A stretch of DNA of 32,000 bases from Candidatus Electronema halotolerans (GCA_942493095.1 OW818675.1:270001-302000); one strand, 5' to 3'. Shown: positions 1 through 6,110, numbered from the stretch's first letter. Numbers and translations are program-made. Notes: a model not told the origin generated them from the letters alone.

Positions 1-64
1 TGAGCAAGGCCAGAGAGCTGCGGCAAGCGAACTGCGGCAATTTTTGGCATGACATCTTGTTTGT

Positions 65-865
65 TCATCCGCTTGAACGTTGACTTGCATCGGCAAAATT
101 CCGCACACAGCCTGCGTCATTCAACTGCAAGATGATTTCCACACATCCATGTCTGACTTCAAGATAAGAAAGCAGCGTGTAAATAATTCCAACCACGCCA
201 AGCATTTCAAGCAACTCTTCGCTGGTGTACAGGAGGCAGTAGATTGCAGAATCATAGCCGTGCAGCTCTGCTTCTCTGCCGCCAAGCATGTCAAAAACAA
301 CAGCTCCGATTAAATAGACAGCACCAGAAAGCATGAACAGCCTTGCTGTTCGTGCAGGCAGACCAAGAACAAATTTGATGTGGAGCAGAACAAAAAGAAC
401 TGTCAATAAAATGTAGGGAAGAACCCAAGGGAAATACAGTAAGCCAGTCGCGTGCATATAGCCTGACACAACATCTCCTGCTGCCTCATGCAGTTCAAAG
501 GCCTCATCTGCTGACAAGAAGAGGAAGGTGAGAAAGAGGCCAAACCAATACATGCTGTTGCGGCTGTCTGTTTTTCGTTCCAAACCTGCCAGAAGAAAAG
601 AGAGCAGAGAACAGATCAAAATGGCGGCGGCGGAATACAATGAAGGAATGTTTCTTTCGATATCTAAATCAAACCATAAAGTGAAATCGAGCACATTCGG
701 ATTGTCAGAGTGGAAAAATAAAAAAAGAGCGAGGCAATGGAGCAGTGTCAACAGGATGACCGTCAGCAGAAAAAGGAAGGCGGTCTTTTTGGCCTTGATC
801 GTTATCTGCACGATCTCTGTCAGTCTGCTGTCCCGCCCAACAAGAGCGCGGGACAGTCCTTGCAA
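65..865 (-). CDS. multi-pass integral membrane protein, unknown function
   Basis: 266-aa ORF with several long hydrophobic segments (FLFLLTVILLTLLHCLALFLFF, LYSAAAILICSLLSFLLAGL, WFGLFLTFLFLSA, WVLPYILLTVLFVLLHI, LFMLSGAVYLIGAVVF). It begins 8 nt after the stop of the 873-1454 gene on the same strand. The track start is TTG with no clear SD, so the 5' end is uncertain. No family recognised. Confidence 0.55.
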   Translation of the reverse strand: MQGLSRALVGRDSRLTEIVQITIKAKKTAFLFLLTVILLTLLHCLALFLFFHSDNPNVLDFTLWFDLDIERNIPSLYSAAAILICSLLSFLLAGLERKTDSRNSMYWFGLFLTFLFLSADEAFELHEAAGDVVSGYMHATGLLYFPWVLPYILLTVLFVLLHIKFVLGLPARTARLFMLSGAVYLIGAVVFDMLGGREAELHGYDSAIYCLLYTSEELLEMLGVVGIIYTLLSYLEVRHGCVEIILQLNDAGCVRNFADASQRSSG

Positions 866-872
866 AAAGGCT

Positions 873-1454
873 TCACTTTCTGCCTTTTGAGCCTTTCTCT
901 TTCTTAGAACCCTTTTTCCACTTTGACCCTTTCTTCTTCGAGCCTTTGTTCCAATCTCCCCTCTCTCTCCAGCTTAGAGCATAGTGCCAGATAACAGCAG
1001 GAACATCTTGCCGCAGCACAATAAACCGTTTTGAGCCGGGTTTAATGCCCAAGGACAGAACAACAGCTCCCCAGCCTTTTCCTTTGTGCTGCCTGAAATG
1101 ATGAATGATTTTTTGGTACGGCTTTCCGCTCAGTCTGACAATCTGAAAGACCATGAAGATATCTGCTGGCTGCATTCTCTCCTTGGCAAACAGCAGGATG
1201 ACCTTTTCTCTGGGAACATGGAACGCCGTGCTGATATCGCCAATATATTGCTCAACGCTTCCCGCAGCGGTTCTGTTGACTTCAATCAAAAAACTGTCAA
1301 AGTCCCGGTCGCCGGTATGAGGCAGATATTGAGGATTGAGCTGGAATATCATGCCGCTGGCCGCTGGCGGCTGCTGGCGGGGAAAATCTTTTCCTTGGAC
1401 GGAATATGCGCCCAAAAGACTGATCAGCAGAATGCTGACAGCAATTTTTTTCAT
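873..1454 (-). CDS. exported protein with Lys-rich KGSK-repeat C-terminal tail, unknown function
   Basis: ATG at 1454 with GGAGG (complement of 1462-1466) 7 nt upstream. Signal peptide MKKIAVSILLISLLGAYSVQG. C-terminus KGSKKKGSKWKKGSKKEKGSKGRK. Confidence 0.6.
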   Translation of the reverse strand: MKKIAVSILLISLLGAYSVQGKDFPRQQPPAASGMIFQLNPQYLPHTGDRDFDSFLIEVNRTAAGSVEQYIGDISTAFHVPREKVILLFAKERMQPADIFMVFQIVRLSGKPYQKIIHHFRQHKGKGWGAVVLSLGIKPGSKRFIVLRQDVPAVIWHYALSWRERGDWNKGSKKKGSKWKKGSKKEKGSKGRK

Positions 1455-1620
1455 CTGTAGGCCTCCTTTTGCTTGCTTGAAAATGCACGTTGTTCACAGA
1501 ACTTATCTGTCTGACAGCAAGCTGTCAACAGCAATTTTTTCTTTCACGCCATCCAAGAAAGGATGCCGACAGACTTGCCCTGTCCTGCCTTGGAAAAAAA
1601 AGCACACTGCCTTGGAAAAA

Positions 1621-1673
1621 CATCATTTTTTCATCTTTCTTTCATCTTGCACCGGGTAAGCTGGAAATGTAAG
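1621..1673 (+). promoter_or_regulatory. box A: tandem direct-repeat operator plus -10-like hexamer upstream of the 1734 gene
   Basis: CATCA at 1621, TTCATCTT at 1630-1637 and TTCATCTT at 1641-1648, giving CATC cores at 1621/1632/1643 in exact 11-bp phase. GGTAAGCTGGAAA follows from 1655. A -10-like TGTAAG sits at 1668-1673, 19 nt after the second repeat. Same layout as boxes B and C. Confidence 0.5.
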
Positions 1674-1733
1674 GAGACGGCGCAGGCATTGATCCTGCCC
1701 GAAAAACAGCAGTCTGAACAGGAGGGACTGGTC

Positions 1734-1973
1734 ATGAAAACAAAAATATTCGCAGGACTGATCAGCAGTGTTTTGCTGGCCTGTCTGTGGCTGGAGCGGT
1801 CAGCGATTGCAACTGCGGCAGGTTGTGCAGAGGCGCCTGCTGCTCCCCCCGCAGCGCAGCAGGCGGACGCAGTTCTGCGCATCATGAGCAGCACGAACAG
1901 TTCCGCGTTGGAAGATGAGGTGCCGGTTCTCCTGCTCAACTTGAGCTTGGACAAGGAGCTGCCGGGAAAATGA
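1734..1973 (+). CDS. small exported protein (possible lipoprotein), unknown function
   Basis: Internal ATG of the 1563-1973 ORF, preceded by GGAGGGA (1721-1727). The N-terminus MKTKIFAGLISSVLLAC resembles the signal peptides of the 2112 gene and the 2564 stub, and LLAC is lipobox-like. The mature part is Ala/Pro-rich then acidic. Box A lies upstream. Confidence 0.5.
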   Translation: MKTKIFAGLISSVLLACLWLERSAIATAAGCAEAPAAPPAAQQADAVLRIMSSTNSSALEDEVPVLLLNLSLDKELPGK

Positions 1974-1999
1974 CTCGGCAAGCAAAAAAAAGATTATCT

Positions 2000-2043
2000 T
2001 TCATCTTTCGTTCATCTTCAGTCTGGTATCTTGAAAGTATAAG
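2000..2043 (+). promoter_or_regulatory. box B: tandem TTCATCTT operator plus -10-like hexamer upstream of the 2112 gene
   Basis: TTCATCTT at 2000-2007 and 2011-2018 (11-bp phase). After a 6-nt gap comes GGTATCTTGAAAGTAT at 2025-2040. TATAAG at 2038-2043 starts 19 nt after the second repeat, so the repeats overlap the -35 position. Confidence 0.55.
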
Positions 2044-2111
2044 CATGAGGCACAAAGACTGGACCTCTCTGATGACAAACACGGCAACAACAGGATAGAG
2101 GAGATTTGGTT

Positions 2112-2423
2112 ATGAAAAGAATGATTGCTGGACTTATCGGCGGCGTTTTCTTTGCAGGACTGTTCTTGGGCAATGCGGCAGCCAGCGGCGATGATCGCTA
2201 CGAATACGGTGAATACGGCGAGCATGGCCGGTATTACAATCCCTACGGCAACGGCTACTACAACAACGGTTACAGGAATCACGAGATGTACGAGTATGGC
2301 AATCCGTACCGTTATCAGCCTGTCATGCCCAGTGTTTATGTCAATCCGTATTACAACAACAGCTCTTATGGCAACGGCTACAGAAACCATGAGGCCTATG
2401 AGTACGGCGGCTACCGCAGATGA
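2112..2423 (+). CDS. secreted Tyr/Gly/Asn-rich repeat protein (paralog 1)
   Basis: ATG 2112 with GAGGAG (2098-2103) upstream. Signal peptide MKRMIAGLIGGVFFAGLFLGNAAA. The mature part is low-complexity with two NGYRNHE(M/A)YEYG units and ends GGYRR. It shares a 29-nt identical stretch with the 2699 gene (2292-2320 = 2885-2913). Confidence 0.75.
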   Translation: MKRMIAGLIGGVFFAGLFLGNAAASGDDRYEYGEYGEHGRYYNPYGNGYYNNGYRNHEMYEYGNPYRYQPVMPSVYVNPYYNNSSYGNGYRNHEAYEYGGYRR

Positions 2424-2445
2424 GATGATTCAGCGGATAAAAAAA

Positions 2446-2497
2446 CATCATTTTTCATCTGCTGTTCATCTTGAGTTTGGTATCTTGAAAGTATGAG
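2446..2497 (+). promoter_or_regulatory. box C: tandem TTCATCT operator plus -10-like hexamer upstream of the 12-codon stub
   Basis: CATCA at 2446, TTCATCTG at 2454-2461 and TTCATCTT at 2465-2472. After a 6-nt gap comes GGTATCTTGAAAGTAT at 2479-2494, identical to box B. TATGAG at 2492-2497 starts 19 nt after the second repeat. Confidence 0.5.
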
Positions 2498-2563
2498 GAA
2501 CGGGGCGCAAGGGGCTGCGCTCCAAGACTGACAACAGGTCACGACGAAAAAGGAGGTTTGACC

Positions 2564-2602
2564 ATGAAGAAGTTGATTGCAGGATTGATCGGCGGCGTTT
2601 GA
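2564..2602 (+). pseudogene. truncated remnant (signal-peptide stub) of a third Tyr-rich-family paralog
   Basis: AAGGAGG (2550-2556) is followed by ATG 2564, encoding MKKLIAGLIGGV and then TGA at 2600-2602. The peptide matches MKRMIAGLIGGV of the 2112 gene. Box D of the next gene starts about 10 nt later, so the gene body appears deleted. Confidence 0.5.
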
Positions 2603-2611
2603 AGTCCTAAA

Positions 2612-2652
2612 TTAATCTTCTGTTAATCTTTTCTTTGCTATCTTGTTATAAA
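2612..2652 (+). promoter_or_regulatory. box D: tandem TTAATCTT operator plus TATAAA upstream of the 2699 gene
   Basis: TTAATCTT at 2612-2619 and 2623-2630 (11-bp phase). After a 6-nt gap comes GCTATCTTG at 2637-2645. TATAAA at 2647-2652 starts 16 nt after the second repeat. This is a variant of boxes A-C. Confidence 0.45.
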
Positions 2653-2698
2653 CAAAAGCAATTCGCTCTCACCCAAACCCAAAATAGGAGGCTTACTC

Positions 2699-3046
2699 GT
2701 GAAAAAGACAACAGCAGCTATAACCTTGGTTGGCTCGTTCCTCGTACTGGCACTCTTCGCGACTGCCCACGGCAGCGGATACGGCAGCGGATACGGGGGT
2801 GGCTATGGATACGGCAGCCGCTATTATAATCCCTACTATAACAACGGCTATTACAACAACGGCTACAGAAACCATGAGGCGTATGAGTATGGCAATCCGT
2901 ACCGTTATCAGCCGACCGTGCCCAGCGGTTATGCCAATCCGTATTACAATAACTACAATAGTGGTTATTATGGCAACGGCTACTACAACAATGGCTACGG
3001 AAACCATGAGGCTTATGAGTACGGCAACGGCGGCTACCGCAGGTAA
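2699..3046 (+). CDS. secreted Tyr/Gly/Asn-rich repeat protein (paralog 2)
   Basis: GTG 2699 with AGGAGG (2686-2691) 7 nt upstream. Signal peptide MKKTTAAITLVGSFLVLALFATAHG. By hand count the 90-aa mature part has 27 Tyr, 20 Gly and 16 Asn, and no Cys, Trp, Leu, Ile, Met, Phe, Lys or Asp. It carries two NGY(R/G)NHEAYEYG units and ends GGYRR. Confidence 0.75.
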   Translation: MKKTTAAITLVGSFLVLALFATAHGSGYGSGYGGGYGYGSRYYNPYYNNGYYNNGYRNHEAYEYGNPYRYQPTVPSGYANPYYNNYNSGYYGNGYYNNGYGNHEAYEYGNGGYRR

Positions 3047-3117
3047 AAGCGGGCCTGCCGCCTGAGCGAAAGGCGGCGCCATCCCGGCGCAAGTGCCACA
3101 AGCTGGGATAAAAATAT

Positions 3118-3159
3118 GGGTGGTCAGCATAATCATATTGATTTTGGCCACCCTTTTTT
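3118..3159 (+). terminator. rho-independent terminator after the Tyr-rich genes
   Basis: GGGTGGTC (3118-3125) pairs with GGCCACCC (3146-3153) at 7 of 8 positions, with a 20-nt loop, followed by TTTTTT (3154-3159). Confidence 0.5.
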
Positions 3160-3220
3160 GTAAAAGTAAAAAGAAATGAAATTGATTTCATTTCGTTGCA
3201 AGAAAAAAAGGAGGAACCCA

Positions 3221-3535
3221 TTGAAACACGTATTGCTTCTGCTGCCGTTATGTGCGATGCTGCTTGTAGGGACGGCGCGGGCTGATTCGGATGAGCACAG
3301 AGGATATGCCAGCGCAAAATTCTATGGCATCATTGATGCTTTGCCCGAAAACAACAGCATCTTCGGCACATGGCTGATCAACGGCAGGCAGGTTGCGGTC
3401 ACTCGCGGCACGGAGATTGAACAGAAACGCGGCAGAATTGCTCCAGGTGTGTATGTCAAAGTGGAAGGATATCATTCCGGGAGCGTCTTTGTCGCCGAAG
3501 AGATTGAGGTGAAGCGGGAAAAAAGGCGGTCATGA
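3221..3535 (+). CDS. secreted single-domain beta-rich protein (DUF5666-like)
   Basis: TTG 3221 lies 6 nt after GGAGG (3210-3214); the track's upstream ATG 3176 lacks an SD. Signal peptide (M)KHVLLLLPLCAMLLVGTARA. The domain is KFYGIIDALPENNSIFGTWLINGRQVAVTRGTEIEQKRGRIAPGVYVKVEG...VAEEIEVK, homologous to domains in the 3639 and 4377 genes. Confidence 0.7.
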   Translation: MKHVLLLLPLCAMLLVGTARADSDEHRGYASAKFYGIIDALPENNSIFGTWLINGRQVAVTRGTEIEQKRGRIAPGVYVKVEGYHSGSVFVAEEIEVKREKRRS

Positions 3536-3580
3536 AACATCTTGTTTTTCATCGCCATTCCATCCAGTATCTGATAAAAT
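3536..3580 (+). promoter_or_regulatory. box F: degenerate CATC direct repeats plus extended -10 upstream of the 3639 gene
   Basis: AACATCTT at 3536-3543 and TTCATCGC at 3548-3555 (12-bp phase), with a third CATCC at 3561. GTATCTG at 3567-3573. TGaTAAAAT has its hexamer at 3575-3580, 19 nt after the second repeat as in boxes A-C. Confidence 0.4.
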
Positions 3581-3638
3581 CATGCGGCAAACCGCATAGC
3601 AATAATTGGACCATGCCGTCCAAAAAGGAGAAGACATC

Positions 3639-4301
3639 ATGAAACGCGCATTCCTTTCCCTGACAGCAGCTCTTGGAGTCTTGGCTTTATTCGCAGTTTC
3701 CGCCCAAGCCAGCCCGGGTGAATATTATGAACGCGGCAGAGGGTATTATGGCAGTGGATATTACGGTGGTGGCGGAGGATATTACGGGGCAAGCAAGTTC
3801 TACGGCACAGTGGAAGCCATGCCGCCTGCCGGTTTTGCAGGGATATGGCAGATCAACGGACGGGATGTGGTGGTCAATCAGCGCACCTTCATCAAGGAGG
3901 AATATGGCAGAATTGGTGTTGGGGCGTATGTTGAAGTGAAAGGCGGCGGCAATCCTTTCATGGCCTATGAGCTTGAAGTGAAACGCGGCGGAATGCCGGC
4001 TCCGCCTCCTCCAGCAATGGGCGGCGGGATGAATCTCTCCGGCTCTGCGGGAGTCATGCCGCCTTCCGGGTCTGTCGGCACTCCTCCTCCAGCAATGGCT
4101 GGGGTGAATTTCACCGGTCCGGTGGAGTCGCTGCCTCCGACTGGTTTTTTTGGCACGTGGCGAATCGGCGGGCGTGATGTGATTGTCAATAATGGCACCC
4201 GCATCAAGCAGGAGAACGGCCCAATCAGCGCGGGCAGCAATGTTGATGTTAAGGGCGGCGGCAATCCCTTTGTCGCTTATGAAATCGAAAGCAAACCCTG
4301 A
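3639..4301 (+). CDS. secreted protein with a Tyr/Gly-rich N-terminus and two DUF5666-like domains joined by a Pro/Met-rich linker
   Basis: ATG 3639 follows AAGGAG (3625-3630). Signal peptide MKRAFLSLTAALGVLALFAVSAQA, then GEYYERGRGYYGSGYYGGGGGYYG. Domain 1 is KFYGTVEAMPPAGFAGIWQINGRDVVVNQRT...VEVKGGGNPFMAYELEVK. The linker is GGMPAPPPPAMGGGMNLSGSAGVMPPSGSVGTPPPAMAG. Domain 2 is NFTGPVESLPPTGFFGTWRIGGRDVIVNNGT...VDVKGGGNPFVAYEIE. Confidence 0.8.
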   Translation: MKRAFLSLTAALGVLALFAVSAQASPGEYYERGRGYYGSGYYGGGGGYYGASKFYGTVEAMPPAGFAGIWQINGRDVVVNQRTFIKEEYGRIGVGAYVEVKGGGNPFMAYELEVKRGGMPAPPPPAMGGGMNLSGSAGVMPPSGSVGTPPPAMAGVNFTGPVESLPPTGFFGTWRIGGRDVIVNNGTRIKQENGPISAGSNVDVKGGGNPFVAYEIESKP

Positions 4302-4309
4302 TTATTCAC

Positions 4310-4343
4310 CTGCCGGGGCGGCGCAGCACGGTCTCCCCGGCAG
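4310..4343 (+). other. intergenic hairpin with a 9-bp perfect stem and no U-tract
   Basis: CTGCCGGGG (4310-4318) pairs with CCCCGGCAG (4335-4343) around a 16-nt loop. It lies between the 3639 and 4377 genes. Confidence 0.4.
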
Positions 4344-4376
4344 TTCCAGCAGCAGCTTTCCGCAGGCAGTCTCATC

Positions 4377-4718
4377 ATGAACAGCAGCAATCTCCGCAGC
4401 ATCTTTGTCCTGCTGGCCGCTCTCTCCTTCCTCTGCGCAGGTGCTGCGCAGGCGGAGGAGCGGGAGCGTCCGCATTTCTACCAGCCAGGCGCAGGCTATG
4501 AGAAGGAGCCGACCTACACCTTTACCGGCGTGATCCGCAAGCTGCCGGAAAAAGGCAAGGTCGGCATCTGGGTTATTGACGACCGTCTGATCGTTGTCAC
4601 TTCCATGAGCCAGATTCACGGCACGGCGGCGGTCGGTGCCAGCGTCACGGTCAAAGGGGTGCTGCAAGACACTGATTTTCTTGCTCTCACCATTGAAGTT
4701 GCGGCCAGCAAGGACTGA
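4377..4718 (+). CDS. secreted single-domain beta-rich protein (DUF5666-like)
   Basis: Signal peptide MNSSNLRSIFVLLAALSFLCAGAAQA. The domain TFTGVIRKLPEKGKVGIWVIDDRLIVVTSMSQIHGTAAVGASVTVKG...LALTIEV aligns with the three domains upstream. No obvious SD. Confidence 0.65.
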   Translation: MNSSNLRSIFVLLAALSFLCAGAAQAEERERPHFYQPGAGYEKEPTYTFTGVIRKLPEKGKVGIWVIDDRLIVVTSMSQIHGTAAVGASVTVKGVLQDTDFLALTIEVAASKD

Positions 4719-4761
4719 GCAGCTTTTACTCAAACTGCTCTGCGCAGAGCAGGCAAATTGT

Positions 4762-4792
4762 GCAATCGGCGGATGCTGCGATTGTTTTGTTG
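4762..4792 (+). terminator. possible terminator between the secreted-protein array and the cyt b561/TCS operon
   Basis: GCAATCG (4762-4768) pairs with CGATTGT (4779-4785, terminal G-U) around a 10-nt loop, followed by TTTTGTTG. Confidence 0.35.
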
Positions 4793-4840
4793 TCGTCATG
4801 CCTTCAAATTCTCTCACAAAAAAACAAGGAGGAGTAAAAA

Positions 4841-5434
4841 ATGAGTGCCACCGCACCTGAAACCGCCCCGCTGGGCACACCGGTCCGCTTCTGGCATTTG
4901 GCCATGATTGTCTTGGTGCTTGCCGCACTGTTCACTGGCGAGGGAGCTGATGACTATAAAAAAGTGGAACATGCCGGATTCCTTCTCCACGGCAGGGTCG
5001 GCCTGTCTGTGTTCACCGCGCTCTGCCTGTATTTTTTGTACGGTCTGATCGGGCCGCAAGGACACCGACTTTCCAGCTGGTTTCCCTTCACAGGAGCACG
5101 GCTGCGGCAGACTGGCAAGGATCTGGCCGTGCTGACCCGCTTCAAGCTGCCGGAACACAATCGGCGGCAGGGCCTGGCTGGCTTGGTGCAGTTTTTCGGC
5201 CTGCTGGTTTTTTCCTGGCTTGCAGTCACTGGCAGTCTGATGTATTTTTTTATGGAGCGGGGTGCCAAGGCGCAGGGCCTCATGCACGCGGTCAAAGAGG
5301 CGCATGAAGCCGGGACCGTGCTGATTTTCGTCTATTTAGCCCTGCATGTCGGGGCCGTGATCGCGCACTCGCTGACCGGGCATCACGTCTGGCAGGACAT
5401 TTTCTTCCTGAAAAAGGAGCCAGGGGAATCTTGA
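4841..5434 (+). CDS. cytochrome b561-family (CybB/YceJ-like) di-haem membrane protein
   Basis: AAGGAGGAG lies upstream. There are four TM segments with His residues in the pattern of bacterial cytochrome b561: RFWHL in TM1, LLHGRVG in TM2, EAHEAG before TM4 and LHVGAVIAHSL in TM4. The stop at 5432-5434 is 1 nt before the response regulator start. Confidence 0.7.
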   Translation: MSATAPETAPLGTPVRFWHLAMIVLVLAALFTGEGADDYKKVEHAGFLLHGRVGLSVFTALCLYFLYGLIGPQGHRLSSWFPFTGARLRQTGKDLAVLTRFKLPEHNRRQGLAGLVQFFGLLVFSWLAVTGSLMYFFMERGAKAQGLMHAVKEAHEAGTVLIFVYLALHVGAVIAHSLTGHHVWQDIFFLKKEPGES

Positions 5435-5435
5435 A

Positions 5436-6110
5436 ATGAAAATTCTGGTGGTTGAGGATGAGAGGCGGCTGACGGCTCTGCTCAAAAAAGGTCTGGAGGA
5501 AAACGCCTTTGTCGTCGATGTCTGTTATGACGGCGCGGAAGGACTGTACTTAGTCGAAACCTCGCCTTATGATGCGGTGGTGCTGGATGTCATGATGCCC
5601 AAGATGGACGGCTTCACCATGCTGCGCCGGATGCGGGAGCAGGGCCTTGAAACGCCGGTCATCATGCTCACTGCCAGAGGCGAGGTGGATAACCGGATCA
5701 AAGGGCTGAACACCGGCGCGGATGACTATCTGCCCAAGCCCTTTGATTTTGCTGAACTGCTTGCCCGGCTGACTGCAATTATCCGGCGGAACAAGGGCCA
5801 GTCCGCCTCGCAGGTGTGCATTGCTGATCTGTACATGGATATAAATTCCAAAACCGTGGCCAGAAGCGGGGTTGACATTCCGCTCACCGCCAAGGAGTAT
5901 GCGATTCTCGAATATCTCGCCCTGAACAAAGGCCGGGTGGTCAGCCGGACGGAATTCTCCGAGCATATTTATGATATGAATTTCGACTTGGACAGCAACA
6001 TCATTGATGTCTATATCAACCGCCTGCGCAATAAAATTGACAAAGGCCATGCCTGCCCCCTGATTCACACCAAACGGGGCGAGGGCTACATTTTGAGCGA
6101 GGAGCTGTGA
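5436..6110 (+). CDS. OmpR/PhoB-family response regulator, CusR/CopR-like
   Basis: Receiver motifs are MKILVVEDE, VVLDVMMPKMDG and LTARGEVDNRIKGLNTGADDYLPKPFDFAELLARL. The C-terminal winged-helix domain contains LTAKEYAILEYL and IHTKRGEGY. The sequence closely resembles E. coli CusR from memory. Confidence 0.95.
   Translation: MKILVVEDERRLTALLKKGLEENAFVVDVCYDGAEGLYLVETSPYDAVVLDVMMPKMDGFTMLRRMREQGLETPVIMLTARGEVDNRIKGLNTGADDYLPKPFDFAELLARLTAIIRRNKGQSASQVCIADLYMDINSKTVARSGVDIPLTAKEYAILEYLALNKGRVVSRTEFSEHIYDMNFDLDSNIIDVYINRLRNKIDKGHACPLIHTKRGEGYILSEEL

Noticed and set aside
1-50. A possible minus-strand gene start at the left edge (ATG at 50-48, MPKIAAVRLPQLSGLA...).
   Set aside because: Only 16 codons are visible and there is no clear SD. 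This is too little to call.
2021-2040. A sigma-54 promoter reading of CTGGTATCTTGAAAG in boxes B and C.
   Set aside because: The TGG is present, but the -12 TTGC(A/T) element at the required spacing (GG and GC 10 nt apart) is absent. A sigma70 -10-like hexamer at a fixed distance fits better.
2112-3046. Short DNA repeats in the Tyr-rich genes as a possible CRISPR or tandem-repeat array.
   Set aside because: The repeats are in-frame coding units of irregular spacing inside ORFs with signal peptides. There is no repeat-spacer periodicity and no cas genes.
2001-3317. Long ORFs overlapping the Tyr-rich genes in other frames or on the other strand (2001-2390 minus, 2125-2496 plus, 2693-3151 minus, 2718-3317 minus, 2730-3065 plus).
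   Set aside because: They are frame shadows of the TAC/GGC/AAC-rich repeats, giving Val/Ile/Ala- or Thr/Ala/Met-rich nonsense. They lack an SD and a signal logic. The chosen frames have SD, start, signal peptide and conserved paralogous motifs.
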